DNA of 64,000 bases from Candidatus Aminicenantes bacterium. Lineage in GTDB: Bacteria; Acidobacteriota; Aminicenantia; Aminicenantales; CALLJL01. The notes below the pieces were generated by a model. It ran no database searches. It saw nothing but the letters and a program-made list of their open reading frames with translations, and was not told where the DNA came from. Below, in pieces: positions 57,896 to 64,000 of the stretch. Positions within the stretch are counted from its first letter, which is position 1, and each line of letters starts with the position of its first letter. The stretch lies in the NCBI GenBank assembly GCA_037441905.1, contig JBBIRF010000007.1, forward strand, positions 17,219-81,218, read 5' to 3'. The position numbers and the translations under genes are program-made.

Positions 57896-59314
57896 ATGAT
57901 GGCTACATTATCCTGGGTTATACCCGCAGCTATAATCATCGTCATTTTGGCCCTTGTTATCTTAATTTTAGCCAAACAATACCGTAAGGTCGGGCCGAAT
58001 GAAATCTTAATCGTGGCTGGCGGCCGGAAAAAAACGATTGTCCTCCCCGATGGCCGCCGGGTAAAAATCGGCTATCGCTACCGCCTCGGCGGCGGTACCT
58101 TTGTCATTCCCTTCATCGAAAGCGTCTATAGACTTCCGGTTGATGTCATAACCCTGAACATAAAAACTCCTGAAGTTCTGACTTATAATGGCGTGCCCAT
58201 AATGGCCGAGGCGACGGCTCAGGTAAAAATCGACTCCACCGACGAGGCGATTCGCCTGGCCGCCGAACAATTCCTGGGTCAAGGAAAAGAAGGCATCCGG
58301 GATGTGGCCATGACCATCCTCGAGGGCAAGATGAGGGAAGTCATCGGCGGGATGACGGTGGAGGAAATCTTCCGCGGCCGGCACGAGTTTGCTTCCAGAG
58401 TTCGCGAAGCCACCAGGGAGGATTTCGCCCGGATGGGCCTGGTCATGCTTTCGTTTGCTCTTAAGGATATCAGCGATACCCAGGGCTACCTCGAGGCTCT
58501 GAGCCGGCCGCAGATTGCCGCGGCGCGCCGGGATGCCGCCATCGCCCAGGCCGAGACCGAGAAAGAGGCGATCATCAAATCGTCTGAAGCCCGGAAAGAA
58601 GGAGAGATTGCTCGCCTGGCAGCCGAGGCTTTGATCGCCAAGGCCCAGTGGGAAAATGAAGCCAAGAAGGCTGAAAGCCAGGTCTTCGTCAACCAGAAAA
58701 AGGCCCAGGCTGATTTTGCCTACGAGCTAGAACGCCATAAGCTCACCCAGGACATCAAGAGGGAAGAAGCTAAGGTCAAACAGATTGAAAAGCAGGAAGC
58801 CATCAAAATCGAAGAGCTGGAAATAACCAGGCGTCAGAAAGAACTCGAAGCCAGCGTCATCAAGCCGGCTGAAGCCCGCAAATTCCAGGTCATGGCGGAA
58901 GCCGAGGCCGAGGAATTCCGGATTCAGGCTGAAGCCAAAGGAAAAGCTGAAGCCCTCCGGCTCGAAGGCCAGGTGGAGGCCGAGACCATCCGGCAAAAGG
59001 GTCTGGCCGAGGCCGAAGCGATGCTCCAGCGGGCCAAAGCCTGGGAAAAACTCAACCAGGCCGCCCTCCTCGAGATGTACTTCAAGATGCTGCCTGAACT
59101 CGCCAGAGCTGTGGCCGAACCCCTGAGCAAAGTCGATAAGATTATCCTGGTTGGCGGAGACAAGGGGCCGGGCGCTGGTCGGATTACAGCTCAGGTGGCC
59201 GAGATGTTAGCCCAGATGCCCGAAGTGGTTAAATCACTCACCGGCGTTGATTTCCAGAAATGGCTCAAAGAAAAACTCTCCCCCGAAGAAAAAACCGAAA
59301 AGACCGAAAGCTGA
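57896..59314 (+). CDS. flotillin-like SPFH/Band-7 domain protein
   Basis: N-terminal TM anchor. SPFH domain. Long C-terminal coiled coil with EA-rich repeats (flotillin domain). Confidence 0.8.
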   Translation: MMATLSWVIPAAIIIVILALVILILAKQYRKVGPNEILIVAGGRKKTIVLPDGRRVKIGYRYRLGGGTFVIPFIESVYRLPVDVITLNIKTPEVLTYNGVPIMAEATAQVKIDSTDEAIRLAAEQFLGQGKEGIRDVAMTILEGKMREVIGGMTVEEIFRGRHEFASRVREATREDFARMGLVMLSFALKDISDTQGYLEALSRPQIAAARRDAAIAQAETEKEAIIKSSEARKEGEIARLAAEALIAKAQWENEAKKAESQVFVNQKKAQADFAYELERHKLTQDIKREEAKVKQIEKQEAIKIEELEITRRQKELEASVIKPAEARKFQVMAEAEAEEFRIQAEAKGKAEALRLEGQVEAETIRQKGLAEAEAMLQRAKAWEKLNQAALLEMYFKMLPELARAVAEPLSKVDKIILVGGDKGPGAGRITAQVAEMLAQMPEVVKSLTGVDFQKWLKEKLSPEEKTEKTES

Positions 59315-59337
59315 CTTAAGCGAAGGGCAAAGCAACC

Positions 59338-61677
59338 ATGATTTCCGAAAAAGCAAGCCAGATTGGCACCTCTCCCACCCTTAAGATTTCAGCTAAAGCC
59401 AAAGCGATGAGGGCGGCAGGGGTCGATGTCATCGACCTTAGCGTGGGGGAGCCGGATTTCCCGACTCCGGAAAACGTCAAAGCTGCCGGCATCAAGGCTA
59501 TCCAGGATAACTTTACGAAATACACTGAAAACGAGGGTATTCCCCAGCTTAAGAAGGCCATCATCAAGCGAATGGAAGAGGATTATAAGGTTCATTATGA
59601 ACCGAACGAAGTAATTGTTTCTACCGGCGCCAAAGCTTCGGTTTTTCATCTGATCATGGCGCTTATAAACGAGGGAGATGAAGTTATTATCCCGGCTCCC
59701 TACTGGGTTACTTACCCTCAGGCTGTCCTTCTGGCCAAGGGAAAGCCGATAATCGTCCCGACGAAGGAAGAAAACGGGTTTGTTTTAACGCCCGAAGAAC
59801 TCAAGGCGGTCATAACTCCCTCGACCAAAGCGCTAATCCTAAATAACCCCTGTAACCCGACCGGAGCCGCGTATAACCGAAAGCAGCTTGAAGCCCTGGC
59901 CGAGGTCGTCCGGAACGAAGACTTGTTTGTCATCGCCGACGAAATTTACAGCAAGCTGGTTTATGAAGATTTTGAGTTTGTCAGCTTTGCTTCGCTGGGT
60001 GAGGATATCAAGAAAAAAACAATTATTATCAGCGGCGTTTCCAAGACCTACTCGATGACTGGCTGGCGCATCGGCTATACGCTTGGCCCGGCGGAAATAA
60101 TCAGCGCCATGGCTAAAATCCAGAGCCATACTACCTCCAACCCCGCTTCTATCTCCCAGATGGCCAGTCTGGAGGCCCTGCGGGGCCCGCAGTATGAAGT
60201 TCAAAGGATGGTGGCCGAGTTCCAGCGTCGCCGGAACTATTGTCTGATGCGGCTGCGGACAATCCCCCACATTTCCTGCTTCAAGCCGCAAGGAGCTTTC
60301 TACCTTTTCCCCAATTTTTCTTATTATTACGACAAAGAAGCCGACGGGATGCAAATCCGCAATTCTTATGGCTTGGCTTATTATCTGCTGCGAGAAGCCA
60401 GGGTGGCGATTGTCCCCGGAGACTCGTTCGGAGCAGATAACTACATCCGGATTTCTTACTCGACATCGATGGAAAACTTAGAAAAAGGCTTTGACCGCAT
60501 CGTGGCTGCCATGGCTAAGCTGAAGCCGTCACGGCGGGCGAAGCGGGTAGTGCTGAATAACGTCCAGACGAGAGTAAAGAAGGCCGGCCCGGTTGACTCA
60601 GCAATCGACCTCAGGCTGAGAGAAGCTCTGGCGAACGAGATGGAAAGCCATCTTAGCCAGGAACGGGTTTACGAATGGAATGCCAACATTAACGGCGTCA
60701 TCATCCAGCTCCGGACTAACGTCGCGCATCTGAACGAATTCTGGATAGAAAACTGGTTTCCGGCGCAGCTTGAAGCTGAGATTGAACCTCATGCGGTAAT
60801 TTATGCGGTCGACGGCATTGCTGGCCGCGAACCCCGGGCTTTTTATAGCCCCGAAACCAGGACGGCTTTTCTGGTAAACACTGACTTCTATGCGCCGCTG
60901 CGAAGCCTTGCCTTGGGCATGGTGCTCGATATAACTGAAAGGCAGCTTGCCGGGAATGCTCTCCGCGGGATGTCGCTGGATATCAGAGGAAATAGCCTGG
61001 TCTTAGTCGGCCCGCCCGGGACAAGAAAGACCGAGCTTTTCTTCGAGCTCATGAGCGACCCTCGTTTCCGGCTCCAGGCGAACGATGTAGTTTTTGTCCG
61101 GCCGGCGGCGGGTCGGGTGGTTGCCGAATGCGTCGAAAGAAAACTTTACCTCGCGACGCCCACGGTTGAACTCTACCCGGCGCTCGCGCCGCTCTTCGAT
61201 GCGAGCAAGTGCGAAAACGTCGTCGTAAGAAAAGAAGATTGTCAGGATGCGGAATGTCAGCAGCGGGAGGATTGCCGGCTCGACCGGGGAGCGCCTTTCT
61301 GTTACCGGGCTTCAGCTAACGGCCATGCGATGCTTGACCCGAACTGGCTCTACGGCAAAGGTGGATACCCGCGGCGGTCGAACCTCCGCTGGGTTTTTCT
61401 TCTCCGGTCAGATAAGGTTTCTCCCGCGGTTATTCAGTTGAGCCCTGAGGAAGCCCTCCGCGTCTTAGAGACCGGCGAGACACCAGGCGCTCAGAAGACA
61501 ATATCCTCTGGCAAACACCAACCTTTCTTCAACCCCCATCTGCTCAGCGTCAGCCCGGAACGGCTCGAGTTGCAGAAAATTTTCTTCCGGCGCCTCCTGG
61601 ACTCGGTGACGGTTTATCTTTTTAACAGCGGTGTAGCGGGCGCCGAGAAAATAAAGCAACTCGTTGCCGGCGACTGA
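59338..61677 (+). CDS. fusion protein: class I (aspartate/aromatic) PLP aminotransferase + HprK/P-like kinase domain with degenerate P-loop
   Basis: Residues 1 to about 395 carry AspAT motifs (NNPCNPTG, SKTYSMTGWRIGY with the PLP-Lys). Residues about 555-779 carry LVLVGPPGTRKTELFFELM..RFRLQANDVVFV, mirroring the HprK motifs GDSGVGKSESALELI..HRFISDDVVEV. Confidence 0.6.
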   Translation: MISEKASQIGTSPTLKISAKAKAMRAAGVDVIDLSVGEPDFPTPENVKAAGIKAIQDNFTKYTENEGIPQLKKAIIKRMEEDYKVHYEPNEVIVSTGAKASVFHLIMALINEGDEVIIPAPYWVTYPQAVLLAKGKPIIVPTKEENGFVLTPEELKAVITPSTKALILNNPCNPTGAAYNRKQLEALAEVVRNEDLFVIADEIYSKLVYEDFEFVSFASLGEDIKKKTIIISGVSKTYSMTGWRIGYTLGPAEIISAMAKIQSHTTSNPASISQMASLEALRGPQYEVQRMVAEFQRRRNYCLMRLRTIPHISCFKPQGAFYLFPNFSYYYDKEADGMQIRNSYGLAYYLLREARVAIVPGDSFGADNYIRISYSTSMENLEKGFDRIVAAMAKLKPSRRAKRVVLNNVQTRVKKAGPVDSAIDLRLREALANEMESHLSQERVYEWNANINGVIIQLRTNVAHLNEFWIENWFPAQLEAEIEPHAVIYAVDGIAGREPRAFYSPETRTAFLVNTDFYAPLRSLALGMVLDITERQLAGNALRGMSLDIRGNSLVLVGPPGTRKTELFFELMSDPRFRLQANDVVFVRPAAGRVVAECVERKLYLATPTVELYPALAPLFDASKCENVVVRKEDCQDAECQQREDCRLDRGAPFCYRASANGHAMLDPNWLYGKGGYPRRSNLRWVFLLRSDKVSPAVIQLSPEEALRVLETGETPGAQKTISSGKHQPFFNPHLLSVSPERLELQKIFFRRLLDSVTVYLFNSGVAGAEKIKQLVAGD

Positions 61678-61698
61678 GCCAAAAAACGGGGACACGTA

Positions 61699-62295
61699 CT
61701 ATTTTTCGCCTTCTCCAAACAGGCGTTTTTCGACTGTTTCGGCCAGCAAGTGAAGCAGGAAAAGATGAACCTCCTGGATACGGGGAGTGGAGCGGCTGGG
61801 CACAGCAATCAACTGGTCAGCCAAGGGGGCAAGAATATCGCCAAACTCGCCGGTAATAGCCACGGTTATCAGGCCCTTCTGTCTGGCGACTTTGAGAGCC
61901 TGGAGTACATTAGCTGAACGACCACTTGTCGAAAGTCCGATGGCGATATCGCCGGCCTCACCCAGCGCCTCGACCTGGCGGCTGAAGACCTCGTCGAAGG
62001 AAACATCATTCGCCACCGAGGTAAGAATGGACGTGTCGGTAGAAAGGGCGATAGCTTTTAAGGCGGGTCTGTTTTTCAAGAATTTATTGACCAGTTCAGC
62101 GGCAAAGTGCTGAGCCTCGGCGGCGCTCCCGCCATTACCAAAAATCAGAATTTTTTTTCCTTTTTTCAGGGCGTCAGTCAGGGTGTCGGCCAGCCTGAGA
62201 ATTTCGCTTTCCATTTCCCTGATGAATCTCTCCAGAAGTCCCTTTAATTCTTCTGTCGCCTCAAGAAATGCTTTTATTTCAGAGGGCTCATTCAT
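61699..62295 (-). CDS. gmhA: SIS-domain phosphoheptose isomerase
   Basis: SIS motif ILIFGNGGSAAEAQHFAAEL and the conserved GmhA core. Confidence 0.75.
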   Translation of the reverse strand: MNEPSEIKAFLEATEELKGLLERFIREMESEILRLADTLTDALKKGKKILIFGNGGSAAEAQHFAAELVNKFLKNRPALKAIALSTDTSILTSVANDVSFDEVFSRQVEALGEAGDIAIGLSTSGRSANVLQALKVARQKGLITVAITGEFGDILAPLADQLIAVPSRSTPRIQEVHLFLLHLLAETVEKRLFGEGEK

Positions 62296-63040
62296 TCTCC
62301 ACTCCTTTTTTAGGATTAACGGGCAAGTATTTTGCAGGCAAAACGGATGCCACCTGCTCTCTCACAATGCTTATAAGCCGGTCAAGGGAATCCCTGTCAT
62401 ACCCGGCGACAGACACAGGCGGATGAAAAACAACTCTGACCTTGCCTGGTTTAACATGAAACTGCCCTTTCGGCATTAGCTCGAAGGTGCCGATAAGGGA
62501 GACAGGAACAATCGCCGCTCCGGTCTCGAGCGCCAGAAAAAAACCGCCGCGGCGGAAATCCTGCAGCCGGCCGTCCCGGCTACGCGTGCCTTCGGGGAAG
62601 ATGAGAAATGAATACCCTTTTTCTTTCATCAGGCGCGCGGCGCGCTCAATGCTTCGGCGGCCTCCCCGTAGTCGCTTCCGGTCCACAGGAATAAAATGGA
62701 CGTGTTTCATCCCCAGGCCGACGACAGGCAACCGGAAGACCTCCTTTTTGATAAAAACCCGGACTGGCTGAGGGATGACATAGAAAAGGAGCGGGCCGTC
62801 GATAAAGCTCAGGTGGTTGGCCATGAAAATGTAGGTGCCAGCCTTGTCGAAATTCTCCAGGCCAGAGACCTCAACCTTGACGCCAAGCACCCGCTGGCCT
62901 ACACCCATCGCCCATTTGCCCAGGTCAAGCAGCGGCTTCCGGATGCCGAAAACAAAAAAAACCAGGAGAACAGGAATAATCAGGATGACGATTAGGCCAT
63001 AAAGAAAAATAATAAATATTGTCCGTAACCTGGCTAACAT
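62288..63040 (-). CDS. plsC: 1-acyl-sn-glycerol-3-phosphate acyltransferase
   Basis: HxxxxD motif (NHLSFIDGP) and FPEGTRS motif. N-terminal TM. Confidence 0.75.
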   Translation of the reverse strand: MLARLRTIFIIFLYGLIVILIIPVLLVFFVFGIRKPLLDLGKWAMGVGQRVLGVKVEVSGLENFDKAGTYIFMANHLSFIDGPLLFYVIPQPVRVFIKKEVFRLPVVGLGMKHVHFIPVDRKRLRGGRRSIERAARLMKEKGYSFLIFPEGTRSRDGRLQDFRRGGFFLALETGAAIVPVSLIGTFELMPKGQFHVKPGKVRVVFHPPVSVAGYDRDSLDRLISIVREQVASVLPAKYLPVNPKKGVENE

Positions 63041-63182
63041 TGCCTCGGCCTAATTATATCACAGCAAAACAATTTAAAGGCCCAGGCTTCTAAAGAAGCT
63101 ACTCTATATCTTTTCACTTTATGAATTGCTTTTTCTCTATTAAAATTTATTGAAGATTGGACGCTAACGTTATAATTATTCT

Positions 63183-64000
63183 ATGTTGACGGAAAGGAAA
63201 TTTCCGATTCTTGTCTTCGTATTTTCTTTTCTTATTTCCCTCTTGTTTCTGGTTTCATCGGGTATCCATGGCCAGCAGGGGTTCCCTTTGGATGATGCCT
63301 GGATTCATATGGTGTATGGCCGGTCAATTGCCGAAGGAGGATACCTGGCTTACAACAAAGGGATCCCATCAACAGGATGTACGTCGCCTCTCTGGGCTTA
63401 CCTTTTAGGGTTGATTCATTTGCTTCTGCCAAAAGAACTCTCGGTTATCTGGGCAACCAAGCTCTTAGGCATATTGCTTAATAGCATAATGATTTACTTA
63501 TTTTCTAAAGTAATCTTCATTTCAACGCAAGCAGCGATCGCCAGCTTTGGAGCAGCTCTTTTAATGGCTCTCTGTCCCCCTATGGTTGCAACTTCAATAA
63601 GCGGTATGGAGGTAACGCTTGGTTGCACTCTCTTTTTAGCCGGCACGTATGCCTATTCTAATAATAAGTGGTCGTTGGCCGGCTTTTTATTCGGCCTTTC
63701 AGGCCTTACCCGCCCTGAATTTGCCGCTCCTTTGGTTATTATCCTTCTTGACATGCTAAGACAAAAAATAAAACAGAAAAAAGAGTTCCGCTGGGCTAAT
63801 TTTTTTAAACTATTAATACCGATATTTATCTTTGGCTCACTCTACCTTGGATGGAACATGCTCGTTGATGGCCGACCATTTCCAGCCACCTTTTATGTCA
63901 AAGCCTCGCCTCGATTAAAAACAACTCTATTAGAAAGATTCGCGACTGGCGCTTACATGATCTCCAAACACACTAATTGGATAGGATGCCTCATTTGGTT
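63183..64000 (+). CDS. polytopic membrane protein, GT-C-type glycosyltransferase-like (3' end beyond window)
   Basis: Frame open from ATG 63183 to the window end. Multiple TM helices. First periplasmic loop carries DDAWIH acidic motif as in ArnT/PMT-type GT-C enzymes. Confidence 0.45.
   Translation, partial: MLTERKFPILVFVFSFLISLLFLVSSGIHGQQGFPLDDAWIHMVYGRSIAEGGYLAYNKGIPSTGCTSPLWAYLLGLIHLLLPKELSVIWATKLLGILLNSIMIYLFSKVIFISTQAAIASFGAALLMALCPPMVATSISGMEVTLGCTLFLAGTYAYSNNKWSLAGFLFGLSGLTRPEFAAPLVIILLDMLRQKIKQKKEFRWANFFKLLIPIFIFGSLYLGWNMLVDGRPFPATFYVKASPRLKTTLLERFATGAYMISKHTNWIGCLIW

Overview
This 64-kb window is a chromosomal core segment from a Gram-negative-type (diderm) bacterium, about 55% GC and densely coded on both strands. 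Nearly all genes are recognisable housekeeping or envelope functions. The main blocks, in order, are as follows. (1) An ECF sigma factor with a zf-HC2 anti-sigma partner, then a PSP1-domain (ricT/yaaT-like) gene, holB and uvrA. (2) An APC amino-acid permease and a MrfA/YprA-like helicase carrying a DUF1998 domain. (3) A ktrA/ktrB potassium-uptake pair. (4) A complete Tol-Pal cluster, tolQ-tolR-tolA-tolB-pal-cpoB, followed by ssb. (5) A regulatory PTS/sigma-54 locus: ptsI-ptsH-EIIA(Man)-rapZ-hprK-ptsN-hpf-rpoN-lptB plus a giant LptC/LptA-like protein, then recJ. (6) An AT-rich spacer and a secreted beta-lactamase-family hydrolase. (7) ftsY, the ribD-ribE-ribBA riboflavin genes, dtd, rpsT and the conserved leuS-lptE-holA trio. 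(8) A BtuF-like binding protein, enolase, a methylmalonyl-CoA mutase catalytic subunit, an M20 amidohydrolase and comEC. (9) Envelope and glycolipid genes: lpxK, lpxL, rph, a UDP-glucuronate decarboxylase-like gene, a GT2, a LysE-type exporter, flotillin, gmhA, plsC and a truncated GT-C glycosyltransferase at the window edge. No tRNA, rRNA, CRISPR array or obvious IS/prophage was found. The features most worth follow-up are these: (a) a pair of roughly 195-nt homologous elements in inverted orientation, about 20 kb apart (approx. 31274-31468 and 51610-51804), that align without any gap and contain a conserved hairpin core; each is either a structured small RNA or a 66-aa basic mini-protein; (b) a 779-aa protein fusing a class-I aspartate aminotransferase to an HprK/P-like kinase domain with a degenerate P-loop and a 5-Cys cluster, encoded directly downstream of flotillin; (c) a 623-aa multi-repeat LptC/LptA-like protein; (d) a UvrA lacking the roughly 100-aa insertion domain; (e) a ktrB whose conserved N-terminus lies upstream of the first canonical start codon; (f) a short HprK that has only the kinase domain, set in an Ntr-type PTS module.
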